The notes below the pieces were generated by a model, which was not told where the DNA came from, ran no database searches, and saw nothing but the letters and a program-made list of their open reading frames with translations. DNA of 63,933 nucleotides, the filler included, from Aduncisulcus paluster (lineage: Eukaryota): assembly GCA_024181965.1 (NCBI GenBank). It is 36 parts of 36 records of this genome, joined end to end, with 100 filler letters (N's around TTAATTAATTAA, not from the genome) between each part and the next. Parts side by side here need not be neighbours in the genome. Positions count along the whole stretch, not along the records: positions 35,455 to 37,269 come from BQXS01000809.1; positions 37,370 to 40,545 come from BQXS01000812.1; positions 40,646 to 41,739 come from BQXS01000816.1; positions 41,840 to 43,166 come from BQXS01000828.1; positions 43,267 to 44,332 come from BQXS01000849.1; positions 44,433 to 45,438 come from BQXS01000852.1; positions 45,539 to 48,608 come from BQXS01000859.1; positions 48,709 to 49,818 come from BQXS01000872.1; 28 more parts are not named here. One strand, written 5' to 3'. A program made the position numbers and the translations under genes. This document shows positions 37,212 to 49,818 of the stretch, in pieces. Within the stretch, counting starts at the first letter, position 1, and every line of letters starts with the position of its first letter.

Positions 37212-37577
37212 ATACTAGCTATGGACAGTTTCGAACACAACAGAGAAAGCTGGAACGAATTAACCACCTNNNNNNNNNNNNNNNNNNNNNNNNNNNNNNN
37301 NNNNNNNNNNNNNTTAATTAATTAANNNNNNNNNNNNNNNNNNNNNNNNNNNNNNNNNNNNNNNNNNNNTGGTATTACAATGTTGTTTATTTATTATTGA
37401 CAGAAACTATTATTATTATTTATTATTTTGAAGTTATCATCTTATTATATTAAAGGATTAAGAATGTTTTATTTTTGGTTCCGGTTTGGTTTCAAATCCA
37501 AAAACTGGGAATTTATATTTTATTTCAAAATAGTAAATTTGCTCCAAGCATAAATTCTGTAGAACAGCTAACATTGT

Positions 37578-40545
37578 TCATTCATTCTGTCTGAGTTGTT
37601 TAAGATTCAAATGTTTGATGAATAACAACAAAAGAAGAATGTCATTGCCTTCAAATACATCGATTGGGACTGAATTAATTGGAATCATACTCCAAGTTGT
37701 GAACAAAAGCTCCCGTTGACCGAGACTTTCCTTGATCTTTCCATATTTTAAACATAAAAAGAAAGATATAGGGAAAACTATTGAAATAATGAAAAATGAT
37801 ATGATAAAAAAAGTTAGAAGGTTAAAACTCCTTCTTGATTCCTCAAATAATACGGTTTGAACAAGCTCAAATCCTCCAACAAGCAGATTACGATCGGTGC
37901 CATTTACATTCTTGAAGGAATCATAAAACACCGTGACTTCTTCTTGTGATAGCAAAAGAATAGCATTGGTAAGGAATCTCTCCATGGCATTGGCCAAAAT
38001 GTTAGTATTTTCGCCGCAAGTCTCACGAGATGACAGCAACAAACACTGAGGCTCAAATATCACATTATGAATGGATGGATATCTGGCGGCTATTCCTTTG
38101 GAGTCGCTCGTGAAAAAAGTATAGTAAATATCCTGTATACCAGAGAGAGACAGATCAAGCTCTTCCCTTCGCTTTTGACGGGTTTGTGTAGCGTGGTAAT
38201 AAGACAATTGTCCCACTTCGCTTGAAACGAGACGACAGACATCGTAATAGACGGCCTGAATGCCCCATTTGAGTGAGTCTACAATATGGAAATCGGCAGA
38301 TACTTTTCGAATTTGAAGGAAAGATGCAAGTCCAACGATGAATGAAATAACAATAAACACAAATAAAAGAATGACAATTCCTAGGGCTGGACCCTTGACT
38401 TGACTCAGAACAGAAATCATTGTTTTCCATCGTTGTTGGATCTTTGGGGAAGCATCCGAAGATCGAGCAGACGTCGAAGTGATTTCAGTGAATGTGTTTC
38501 CTGTAGTTGATCGGCAAGCATCATAAGCATTATTATCGTTCTGTTTGTTCAAAGGATGAACACGATTTGATCGAATATCTATTTTTGGATCCTTCTCGCC
38601 GTGCTTGAGACCCTTTTGAAAGTCTCCATTTGAAATATTGTGAAGAGAAGAATGGAAGGAAGAAATATCAGATGAACTCGATGAATGTTTTAAACAAGAA
38701 GCCACCATGGATTTGATCTTTTCTTCTTCTCCTTTCTTCTTCAAATCAACATGTCGATCAATTTGTCCCTTCATAGAAATATCTGATTGATTTGAATAGG
38801 ATCTTGACGCACTTGAAACAAACGAAACAAAACCGTCAGGCCTGGACACAGAATCCATTACCAGGGATATATCATCTTTCTTCACTCCAAGATAAGGGTC
38901 GGGTGTGGACTTAAAAGAAGGTTTAAGGTCTGGAATAGGTCCTTGAGATATCCTCGTCTCATGGATATCTTGATTATCACTTTGAATGGCTCCCTTGTTA
39001 TTACTGGAGGATGATTTCGAAGCATTTGTAATAATTGAGAGAATGGGGTTGTTAAACTCAACGAAACTATCGCTCATATCATCAATGTCACTTGGTGCAC
39101 ACTTATCCATGCCGTCAAGAGAAAGGGAAGTGGCTGTAATCGTGCGAATAGAGGATACAACGGACATTCCACCTTCAGAAATTAAATCAGATGCGGCTTC
39201 ACTTCGAGTTTGATCAGAAACATCGTTTGTAACGCGGATATCAATGGCCTTCGCCCGTTGACAGATAGTTGAGTAAATATTCTTTGTTGTGGAATGCGTC
39301 AAGTAAAACAAAAGACTCATATAAACTTCTAATTTATCGAAATATAAAGAAATGGGTCTAAATGCACAAAAATACAGGGAAAATGAGAGAATAATCAATG
39401 AAACCGAGGAAGAAAGTGCATAAATCACAATAAAACGTAGTGTAAATGTCTGTCCATATCCTCCTCTGCCTAGAACGATCTCTGTAATCGTAGGAATCAC
39501 CACGTCATGCAAGTTTTTGATATAAGACTGGTATTGGATATCTGCGGCGAGTATTTGAGTGCTTTCAACACATTCATCGAGTATCGGAACAGCAGAAACA
39601 CTCCCATATGACTGGATTAATTCCACTATAGGGCTTGTGGCGTTATTATAAAGAGCGATCGCTGCATAAAATGTTGAAAAAAAAGCACTTCCAAAGGTCA
39701 TTTTTTCACTCAGACATCTCTTGTCACTCACATACTCAGAGAGGTATCCAGGATGGTCCCGAGGAAGGTCTTCATATCCTTCTGTCGGTATCCAATCAAT
39801 ACTTGGGAGGAGACTTTCATCGAGAAATGGACAGTGATAGTAATCCAAGGTTGAATAGAACATCTTTGTTACAGCTTCTGCAGAGAAAAATACTTCTTTT
39901 CTTCTTGGTCGAGTTCCTACAGTTTCAACTAAACTTATATCATACGATAAATCATCCGAAGAACGGTTATAAAACACGTCACCGAGTGTTATCAGGCGTG
40001 GAGTAATAGCGATTTCATCTACGGAATATGAATATTCAGCGCCTTTAATTCCAATCATACACACGGCTGCAATCATAGAAAACAACACAAAATTCTGTCG
40101 GTATAAAACTGTGAAACTGTTCGAAGCTGCTGCAAATATCATGACTAGGGTTTGGCTCATTTCATATGAAAGATCGTGGTATTCGATAACCATTTTTTTG
40201 AGAAAGATAACACCCAGCCCAAAAATAAGAATACAAATAGGGAAATTATACAACAAAAAATAATTGAAATAACAATCCGTTTGGTTCCAAAAGCTTTTTC
40301 AAGGCGAGTGACAAGCTCATGATCATAAACTATAGTGTTTTCACTGAGCTCAAAGAATTCCCTATTCACATCACTGGCAACAGCATTTCCTCGGGGTCCT
40401 TTTAACTGTTTCCACACGTCAGATATGGATAATCTCGGTATTATAGTCATTGAATCGATGCTTTGTTGTTCCATTTCTATCCCCTTTAGGAAATACTCTT
40501 GAGCAGTGGATGGATCTCCACAAATACACATGATATATTGTCCAT
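37578..40545 (-). CDS. Large eukaryotic multi-pass membrane protein (TmcB/C-like architecture); frameshift at a T-run near 40255
   Basis: Several TM segments separated by Ser-rich loops. ORFs 40157..40531 and 37578..40256 join across a T7 homopolymer. Confidence 0.6.
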
Positions 40546-41451
40546 NNNNNNNNNNNNNNNNNNNNNNNNNNNNNNNNNNNNNNNNNNNNTTAATTAATTA
40601 ANNNNNNNNNNNNNNNNNNNNNNNNNNNNNNNNNNNNNNNNNNNNAAAGAGCTTACTACGAGTGGAGAGCTTCGTCCAGGGACAAAGAAGAAGAGATGGT
40701 TCAGCCACAGTGCTTACTCGTGATGGCTACTACCGTCTCCATCCTGTCCAATCCCTGCTTGCTGCTCCTCTCTTGCACCCAATCCATCCGAGGCCTGTCT
40801 ATTTATCCAGACCTTCGACACAGTACCTTGACTTCACGGCTGCTTCTGTCTTCTTCTCCATGCTCATGTCTATACTGTACTATACCTTCAAGGAATAAGT
40901 TATTGTCTCTGTTTCCATCCCCACAGTAGTCAAAGGATGATACTGCCCATAGAACATCCTCATTTCCTTCTTCCTCTTCCTCTTCTTCTACTTCTTGGTC
41001 TGGACACACAGCTTGGAAGGAGATACGGGAGTGGATACATCACTGAAGAGGATTGGGGGAGAGTGTTGTGGAAGTTATGGAAGAAATGGACGATTGGAGA
41101 GGCACAGGGGGGGAAGGAAGGAATATAAGGATGCCCGAGGAAACCATTGCAGCTGAACGAGTATCTCTTCTTCCATGGAAATAATTCAAGAAATGGTATA
41201 AAATGCTAATATTCTGTGAAGAATAAAAAAAAAAAAGTACCTGTTTTTATTTCTGGGGTCTTTATTCTAGATTGTTGGACAAAATCCCTATGTCATAGGG
41301 CCTATGAGTTGGAAACGGAAGTCGAATGCAATGCATTCAATGTATTGTCCCGGAAAGAGATTCTCAAACGGGTTTTGAGAACTTTGATTTCTAAGCAAGA
41401 GAAAATAAATCTAAAAACCAATAAAATCAATTCGTTTGTTCTTTTCAGGCA

Positions 41452-41651
41452 TTATTTCTTGATTCCTAATAATTCAACATCAAATATGAGAGTAGAATCA
41501 GGTGGAATAGAATCGCCAGCTCCACGGGTACCATAACCATAATCAGGATCGATTTGATTACAATCATGGCTCTTTCACCAACACTTAATGTAAGAAAGGC
41601 TTCATCCCAAACACTGATAACCATACCCATTCCAACTGCAAATCCAAAAAC
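41452..41651 (-). pseudogene. FKBP-type peptidyl-prolyl isomerase, C-terminal exon, frameshifted
   Basis: Manual translation [32 protein letters not shown] / [32 protein letters not shown], preceded by a TAG acceptor; missed by the ORF track. Confidence 0.85.
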
Positions 41652-41839
41652 CTACGATATCACTTTCCATGATTGTCACATTGTCAATCTGGGGTGAAAT
41701 AGCACAAAGCTCAGTATTAAATGTATCGGATGATCATGANNNNNNNNNNNNNNNNNNNNNNNNNNNNNNNNNNNNNNNNNNNNTTAATTAATTAANNNNN
41801 NNNNNNNNNNNNNNNNNNNNNNNNNNNNNNNNNNNNNNN

Positions 41840-41901
41840 GTTGAACCGCAAAGTTCACATGCTCCATTACTTCGAGTGTTTAGTTTTTCTTGTAAACTCA
41901 T
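41840..41901 (-). CDS. PhnA-domain protein, N-terminus
   Basis: MSLQEKLNTRSNGACELCGS with an upstream AAGG SD. Confidence 0.6.
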
Positions 41902-41974
41902 ATATTTTATACCTTATAGTTAATTTTTATAAATCAAATCTTCTTTAGAAGATATGTGATATTATAGCTAATAA

Positions 41975-43012
41975 ATGTTAAAAGGTATTACAATGGAATA
42001 TAGATATATTGGTCGTACAGGATTACGAGTAACACCAATTTGTTTAGGTACAATGAGTTTTGGTTCGTGGAGCAATGAAAAAGAATCATTTGCTATTATG
42101 GATAAAAGTGTTGATAGAGGGATAAATTTTTTTGATACAGCTGAATTGTATCCTGTTCCTCCAAATGCTAAAGATGCTGGAATTACTGAAGAGATTATCG
42201 GAAAATGGCTGAAAGGGAAACAAAGAGATAAAATTATTTTAGCTACAAAAGTAGCAGGAGCTGCTAGTGGTTGGTTTGTTCCACCTATTCGACATGGGAT
42301 GACAGCTATAGATAAATTTCATATAAAAACGGCTGTTGAGGGAAGTTTAAAAAGACTAGGGACTGATTATATTGATCTGTATCAGATGCATTGGCCTGAT
42401 ACAATTGTACCTATTGAAGAATCTTTAAAAGCCTTTGATGAGTTAGTTCAAGAGGGAAAAGTTCGTTATCTAGGAACTTCAAATGATAGTGCTTATGGTT
42501 TAACAAAAGCAAATGAAACATCAAAAAGACTAGGTATAAGTAGATTTGAATCAATTCAAAATAACTTCTCATTAAACAACCCTCGATTTTTGGATGAACT
42601 AGCTGAAGTTTGTAAACAAGAAAAAATATCACTTTTACCGTATTCACCTATAGCAGGTGGTGTTTTAAGTGGAAAATACAATGGAAAATTTTATCCAAAG
42701 TCTGCACGATTTGCAGAATATTTGGCAAATAAAAATCCTAGAGTTCAAGCGATGGCACATAGATTTTTAAATGATAAAACACTTTTAGCCACACAGAAGT
42801 ATGTAGAGATTGCAGAAGAGTTAAGTATATCACCTACTACTTTAGCTGTTGCCTATTCAAAACAGTTTGAGTTTGTTGCTTCAACTATTATAGGTGCAAG
42901 AAACTTAGAACAGTTAGATGAATCATTTGCTGCCTTTGATATAAATTTGAATGATGAAACAATGAAAAAAATCAAAGAGATACAATCAGAAGTTATGTAC
43001 CCAATGGGATGA
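41975..43012 (+). CDS. Aldo/keto reductase (Tas-like); likely start is the ATG at 41993
   Basis: ICLGTM, FFDTAELY, ATKV, DYIDLYQMHWP, YSPIAGG. Confidence 0.95.
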   Translation: MLKGITMEYRYIGRTGLRVTPICLGTMSFGSWSNEKESFAIMDKSVDRGINFFDTAELYPVPPNAKDAGITEEIIGKWLKGKQRDKIILATKVAGAASGWFVPPIRHGMTAIDKFHIKTAVEGSLKRLGTDYIDLYQMHWPDTIVPIEESLKAFDELVQEGKVRYLGTSNDSAYGLTKANETSKRLGISRFESIQNNFSLNNPRFLDELAEVCKQEKISLLPYSPIAGGVLSGKYNGKFYPKSARFAEYLANKNPRVQAMAHRFLNDKTLLATQKYVEIAEELSISPTTLAVAYSKQFEFVASTIIGARNLEQLDESFAAFDINLNDETMKKIKEIQSEVMYPMG

Positions 43013-44432
43013 TTAAATTTGAAAAATTTACAAATAGATGAATTATCAACACTCAATCAAGAACTAGAAAAAAAGCATATTAAACAAAGTGGTAAATTTA
43101 TCAATAAGAAAAAAACAAAAAAAAATCTCACTTTTACTTTGATAGGGGTTTTATCTTTTTTACTTANNNNNNNNNNNNNNNNNNNNNNNNNNNNNNNNNN
43201 NNNNNNNNNNTTAATTAATTAANNNNNNNNNNNNNNNNNNNNNNNNNNNNNNNNNNNNNNNNNNNNACGATATCAGAATCGGACGCCGTCGCTTTAAGGT
43301 AGGGGGGAAAGATCAGCCTGAGGGGATAAAAGAAGCACTGTACACATTCAGAGAAGGTACATTCTCTTTCATGCATTATTATACGGAAATGGGCACAATA
43401 CTGTTGCAATACTAACTTTGGAAGCTCCATAACCGTATCAAAAGTGTGATTTGCAATCTAGCGTCATATAGGGGCTAATTACACATAATTTAAGACATTA
43501 ATTTTTTACTAATGTAACATATAAAAATCTCCTTCAATATATTTGGTGCTATTTTGTTCTTAGGAAGGCACAGGAAAAAAATGAACATACTACTGTAGTA
43601 TAATAAAATAAAAAAATAAATTATATGAGTTATAGAAGGCTTATATGTCATATTATCTTAATTATATGTTAAAAATGGCATTATACCTTCTTAATACCAT
43701 TAGGCAAGAATTAAGATTTTTTTGCAATTTACAAAATATTTATAATATATATATTACTCTCCGTAAGGGTAGATAATAAATATAAAATTATTATTTTATT
43801 TTGTAAAATAGACGCCGAGATACAGGGGTAAAAAAAGTGGCAAAAAAGGGTTTTTTTAGAAATCATATATTGCCAGTTATTTTTTCTTATAGCTCTATTA
43901 ATATATTAATAGACTCCACAGTTTATTTTTTATATAGTTGACTGGAACGAGCGGAACAGGGGGTATTTGAAATCACTGATTTGGTCTGGTAAAATATTTC
44001 TAAAAAATGGATTATCACGGTATGTTATATTTTATCAACTTAATAATCAAAAATATAACCTATATTAATTTATTTTATTATATCTGTAATATTCATAAAT
44101 ATTATTTTGTCAGAAACCTTTACATCTGCGCTCGTCACGTCACTGGGACGGTTCCTTCCAAGTAGTTCCGCGATATTGTCAACCGTCGACAAGGCAGACT
44201 GCTTTTATCAAGCTCTGTTGGTAGCGATGGGTTATCCTACCAACATTATGGCCCACTTGGCCCCTGCTCTTAAAGCCCGAACAGTCCTGAATCTCTATGT
44301 AACTGGTCGCCTGTCCAGTGATGAGTTTGTGCNNNNNNNNNNNNNNNNNNNNNNNNNNNNNNNNNNNNNNNNNNNNTTAATTAATTAANNNNNNNNNNNN
44401 NNNNNNNNNNNNNNNNNNNNNNNNNNNNNNNN

Positions 44433-44825
44433 ATGTGTTCAACTCCCACCCCTGCCGTTCAAGGTCTTGACTGTAGCAGTACCAGTCGTTTCTTACCAGA
44501 GATGTGTGCAAGAACAATGGAAGTCTTCCCCGATGTTGCTCACAGTCTTGTCAGAAGGGTTTGGAGAGGTATATACACTAATAGTGTCGATGGTCTCCCT
44601 CTTCTTGGATGGAACAAGGAGAACAATAACATTTTCCACCTAAACGGTCTATGCGGTCACGGATTCATGCTTTCTGGAGGTGTTGGTAAGCTTGCTGCAG
44701 ATGAAGTTTGGTTGAAACTGAATGGAAAGGACGAATCCCCTTTCTTTAAGGATGATGTCAGGGCAAGAATTCTGACAAATCTTGCAGTAGGAAGGGAAAT
44801 GGGTGAAGGAGAAAAATTACATTAG
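44433..44825 (+). CDS. FAD-dependent oxidoreductase (DAO/sarcosine oxidase beta-like), C-terminus
   Basis: RVWRGIY..SVDGLPLLG and GLCGHGFMLS. Confidence 0.85.
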   Translation: MCSTPTPAVQGLDCSSTSRFLPEMCARTMEVFPDVAHSLVRRVWRGIYTNSVDGLPLLGWNKENNNIFHLNGLCGHGFMLSGGVGKLAADEVWLKLNGKDESPFFKDDVRARILTNLAVGREMGEGEKLH

Positions 44826-45538
44826 AGATCTATTTGATTACAGGCTTTTCTCTAAAGTTCAACTAACACTTTTTTTTATCACAAGAAGTACTTGAGCAAA
44901 TCTATGGTCTGTGCAAGCCAATTCTTTTATTTTCTGCAATCTATGAGTAAAATTTTCCCCTCTACGGTGGTTGCATTCAACATGTCCAGTCTGGACATTC
45001 GAATTTCGGAGTTGGAGTTGGAGTTGGTGTGAAAGGAGGAAATATCATGTTCCATGAAGCATTAAGGGATTAGATTCGTAGCAGTATACAGACATATGTA
45101 TACCATCATATTCCGAGTTCTTGATATTTTTGATTGTAAGCAAAAGCAAGTGAAAATGAACAGAAAGGCAAGGATAAGGATAGAAATGAAATGGAAATAT
45201 ATCCATGTTATTGAATAGCATTGAAATCGTTCATAAATGTTCTTAACACGTGAAATAGAACTATATCCAGTTCTGAGGGTTCTCCAAAAGCCTGAGATAT
45301 CGAGAATAAACACCATGGCATGGAAATGAAAATAAAACATGTTTTTATCATTTGTCAGCATTTAACTCGTTTATATGTATTTTTTTTTTAATTTTCCAAT
45401 CTTATCTATTGAAGGGTTGCTTGTTCAGTCTGTTGGTGNNNNNNNNNNNNNNNNNNNNNNNNNNNNNNNNNNNNNNNNNNNNTTAATTAATTAANNNNNN
45501 NNNNNNNNNNNNNNNNNNNNNNNNNNNNNNNNNNNNNN

Positions 45539-47788
45539 GCCAAACAAAAGAATCCACTTCGACTAACGGGGAGTCTTGTGGGTCATTCTTTTTCCTCTTC
45601 TGCTCCTGTATTTGAAGAACCTTTTCTTTCAGCATGTCCAATCTCGAACCAAGATCCTGAATGTATTCAATACTACTTTTCTTAGCCGTTGAGCTTCCTA
45701 GGTGACATTCCTGAGACACTTCGGTGATATCTTTTCTTCCTTCTTTTCTGAATAAATCAAAAACCTCATCTGCTCGACGTCCGTAGACCATTTCGAAGGG
45801 TGTCACCCCTAATAAAGTATGTTCTTGATTATTCATGAGAAATCTAATCAAAGGAAAATTCTTATCCCAATCTTCGGGCTCCAGACCTTCCCCAATCAAC
45901 GCCCTGAGAAATTTCAATAATTCTCTATTAGAACGTTCAACAATTCCGTTGCTCTGAGGATTATACACCGTTGTTTTTCTATGAGAAATATCCAACCATT
46001 TCAATAAGTGCTCCCATAAGCTATTGACAAACTGTTTACCGTTGTCAGATTTGATAATTTCTGGGACACCAAATCGAAGTATGTATTCATGATAAAGAAT
46101 AGAAGCTGCTTCTTCTGCTTTGGCAGTTTTTGTCGGAAATATCTCAATATATCTCGTGAAGGAGTCAATAAAGCTCAACCCATACTTATTCCCATCTCTG
46201 GACTCGGGAAATGGCCCAATTGTGTCCACGGCCACAGAATAGAACGGTTTATCAACAAAGGTACAGCCCTTCGTCTCTTTCCATTCTATTCTCAATCTCT
46301 CTCTCTGACATACCAAACAATTATGAACAAAACCAGATATATCTTTCTTAATATTCGTCCACAAAATTCTCCATTGTTTTAACTTCCTGAGGGTTGCATT
46401 AATGCCGCAATGCCCCCCAATAAGGCTCGCATGGGCGAACTCGATACATTTCATCCGGAAGTCAACATCTTCGGGGATATACAAAAATCCCGATGGTAAA
46501 ATGATGAGACCTAGATCATCAATTGTATGTTTATCCTCAGGGCCCAGTGGATACTTCTTTTGAAGAATCATTAAGTCCTGGAATAACTTGTTCTCCGTAT
46601 CATATGCCAGCTTAATTCTCACACTCTTAAAAGCCAGATCTCTTGATCCCAGTCTTGACAAACAATCAGCAGCGCCATTATTTGCCCCACTAACGTGGAC
46701 AATAGTAAATGAATAATCCATTAGGAACATCATCCAACGAGTTATCTTCGCATTGTCTCCCCGTTCCAAAAATGTTAAGTTCCGGTGGTCCGTGAACAGA
46801 GTAAACTTTCTCCCACGGAGATAGTAGTCCAGTTTCTTGATACAATATATGATAGCCCACCCTTCCTTTTCGTACACCGACCATCTTCGTTGGGTAGGGT
46901 TCAGCGCTTTGGATACAAAAGCGATAGGTCTGGTCGTGTCTGAAACCTGAACGAGGACACCCCCAATTCCTACATCGCTGGCGTCAGTGAACAGCCGTAA
47001 TTCGCCTTCCCCTGTCGGAAAAGCCAGCGTTGCAGACCCGGCGACTAATTCTTTTATCTTCTCAAAGCTCTGCTGGTGCGCTGAAGTCCAAAGGAATTCA
47101 GCATCCTTTTCTGTCAAAGTATATAGATCATGACAGACTGAGGCACATTGAGGGATGAAGTCACGTACGAAATTAACCAGTCCTAAGAAGCTCCTTACCT
47201 CTTTTTTCGAACGGGGCGAGGGAATTTTTCTGATAGCAACCACTCGATCAGGGCTAATCGTACGTCCCTCCTCACTGATCAGAAATCCTAAAAACTCGAT
47301 CTGCCTCATTCCCAAATAACATTTGTCTCTGTTCAAAGATAGAGAATATAGATTGATCCTCTCCAAGACTAACACCAAAGATTGGATGAAAGCCTTTATA
47401 TTCTTACCGAATACGATGATATCGTCAATATAAACAATGCAATGTTTGCCCAGTAGGCCCTGGAAAACATCGGTCATCACTTGTTGAAAGTATGACGGGG
47501 CGTTCACAAGCCCAAATGGCATGGAGTTATACTGAAATATCCCTTGAGGAGTTCTGAAAGCAGTCAGTTTGGCAGCCTCAGTAGTCAGTGGAATTTGATG
47601 AAATCCTTTTCGAAGATCGAGGGCACCAAAGATGCAATTACCCTGCAGTCCCTCCAGACAGTCATCAAGGCGAGGCAACGGAAACTGCAGCGGTATTGTA
47701 ATTCGGTTCAAAGTCCGAAAGTCAACACAGAGACGAAGTTTATCTCCCTTTTTAGGTACTATCACGATAGGACTGTGATATTGGCTAG
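45539..47788 (-). mobile_element. Ty3/Gypsy pol (RT-RNase H-integrase), 5' end interrupted by a second element
   Basis: YIDD, TDAS, HHCC and DDE motifs. Homology stops upstream of SQYHSPIVIVPKK. Confidence 0.96.
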
Positions 47789-47894
47789 TGTAATAGACCG
47801 TTCCGGGACTCAGGTGCCGGCCCGCCGTGTTTCTCACCGGTTCTAAAAATAGATAATTAGCGTCAATCTTTATTTTAATAAATGTATCACAACA
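47789..47894 (+). repeat. Putative ~105-bp 5' LTR of a nested, oppositely oriented retrotransposon
   Basis: Begins TGTAATA at the pol breakpoint and ends TATCACA(ACA). Contains AATAAA at 47877-47882. gag follows about 20 nt later. Confidence 0.65.
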
Positions 47895-47913
47895 ACTTTG
47901 ATCAAAGTTCAAG

Positions 47914-48608
47914 ATGCAAGCGAAATTTGAATATTTCCCACGTTTAACCCATTATGGTGAGAAATATTTCCGTTCTTTCAAAGAAGAGTATGAAACTGCA
48001 AAAATCGTGAACGGCGAGCTGAAACTCTATGTCTGTATTTCACCTGCGATCAGGAAGATTTACGAACGCTCTTCAGGAGTAGTTCTGAGGTCTCCAGTGG
48101 GTATGACACCGTCAGAGTTGAAAGCGAGCGAAGATGCTTTTATTGAAGCTGTTTCTGCTTTATTTGGAAACCTGTCTGCTTTGGACACCATGTATGCACT
48201 TGAACGTCTCCAATTGAAACGTATTAACGAATCTTCGGTTGCCGGATACGTTCGAAGGTTTCATGAGATTGTGGAACGAATGGATGAGACCGAAGTGCTT
48301 ACGGATGAGACATTGGCGAAGAGGTTCTTGAAGGGGATCAAGAATGAACGATTCCATCTCCGTATGATGACAGCTCTTGAGGGGGAAACTCCATCTATGA
48401 GCCTTGTTACAAAGACTATCTTCGAGCAGCAACGTCTCGTGCAAGAAGCTTTGGATGACGCCAAGGGGTACGAGTACTCGGGAAAATCTTTTGGTGACTC
48501 TCGTAAAGGGTTCCCTCGTCGTAGTACAACTTCAGGAGGTAGTCAGGGCCATGGGTCACGCCCATCGTACCCAGCCAACAAAGGAAATCGGACAGAGAAA
48601 CGTCGACA
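47914..48608 (+). mobile_element. Retrotransposon gag, 5' part
   Basis: SSVAGYVRRF...LAKRFLKGI capsid-like motif followed by a basic low-complexity linker. Confidence 0.85.
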
Positions 48609-48802
48609 NNNNNNNNNNNNNNNNNNNNNNNNNNNNNNNNNNNNNNNNNNNNTTAATTAATTAANNNNNNNNNNNNNNNNNNNNNNNNNNNNNNNNNNNN
48701 NNNNNNNNAAAGAACTTATGGACTTCAAGGAACAGATTGCCGGAATCCTGCACAAGGACCTTGTAGGAAATATTGAAGAGAAAACAACTGAACAATAATA
48801 AG

Positions 48803-48841
48803 AAAAACCGCCATATTCCTGAGGAATATGGCGGTTTTTTT
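48803..48841. terminator. Bidirectional intrinsic terminator
   Basis: AAAAACCGCCATATTCCT-G-AGGAATATGGCGGTTTTTT between convergent gene ends. Confidence 0.88.
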
Positions 48842-48842
48842 C

Positions 48843-49818
48843 TTACTTCTTACGTGGAACCAGCTTACCGATGATCTGAACCAATTCATCGATGTTGACC
48901 GGTTTTGAAGAATAGGCATCCATACCATTACTGAGAAATTTCTCGCGGTCACCTTCCATGGCATAGGCTGTCAAGGCGATAATGGGAATCTCATTCCCTT
49001 GTTCCCTGATTTTCTTGGTGGCCTCAAGGCCATCCATTTCAGGCATCTGCACATCCATAAGAATCACGTCAAAGGGCCCGCTATTATCCAGTAGATCCAA
49101 GGCTTCAAGACCGTTTTCGGCAGTTTCCACCTCAAAACCCTGTTCGGTCAGAAAATGGGCAATGTAAAGCTGATTGGTAGCATTATCTTCGGCCAGCAGA
49201 ATTCTTGCGGCCAAGCCCTTATCATTCTTGTTATCATCGAGAAAGCTTGTATCTGTTTCGATGCATTCGCCAACACTGGACTTGAGCCTGACTGTAAATT
49301 TAAACTCCGACCCCCACTTCCTTACTGCTGAAAGTAATATGCCCGCCCATCATTTCCACCAACTGGCGGGAAATGGCCAGACCCAATCCACTTCCGGGAT
49401 GACGCTTTGAATATCCGGCATTAAGCTGAACAAAACTTTCAAATAGTTTCTCGCATTTATCTTCAGAAATACCTATACCTGTATCCTTGACCCGAAATTC
49501 AAGAACTGCCCCTTCTTCAAAGCTTCCTACGTGGTCAACTGAAACTTCCACATATCCCTTTTCAGTGAACTTTATAGCATTACCGACAAGATTTATAATG
49601 ATCTGGCCCAAGCGATATTCATCGCCGTGGTAACAGCGGGAAACATTATCGCTGACATTTGCCCGCAATTCGATACCTTTTTCCTCGGCTTGCACCTTGA
49701 GCACAGAGAGCTGCTTTTCCAGCATTTCGTAAAGGTTGAAATCTTCGGGACGAAGCTCCATCTTGCGCGCTTCGATTTTGGAGATATCGAGAATGTCATT
49801 AATAATATGCAGCAAGGA
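48843..49818 (-). CDS. Hybrid sensor histidine kinase/receiver (Desulfovibrio-like), C-terminal part, frameshift near 49312
   Basis: DILDISKIEA, NLVGNAIKFT, DTGIG, GSGLGL, then in another frame GSEFKFTV...ILLAEDN, MDVQMP. Confidence 0.92.

Noticed and set aside
40250..40262. Programmed frameshift or intron in the membrane protein
   Set aside because: It coincides with a T7 homopolymer and has no splice signals.
44138..44149. CGTCACTGGGAC shared with 7528-7539 as a common target site
   Set aside because: At 7528 it is coding sequence (RHWD); a single 12-mer match is weak evidence.
47789..47912. Novel N-terminal extension on the 809-aa pol ORF
   Set aside because: It is a chance open frame on the antisense strand of the inserted LTR.
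49300..49320. Programmed frameshift between kinase and receiver domains
   Set aside because: It is an indel next to a G-run in a short bacterial contig; an error or a simple mutation is more parsimonious.
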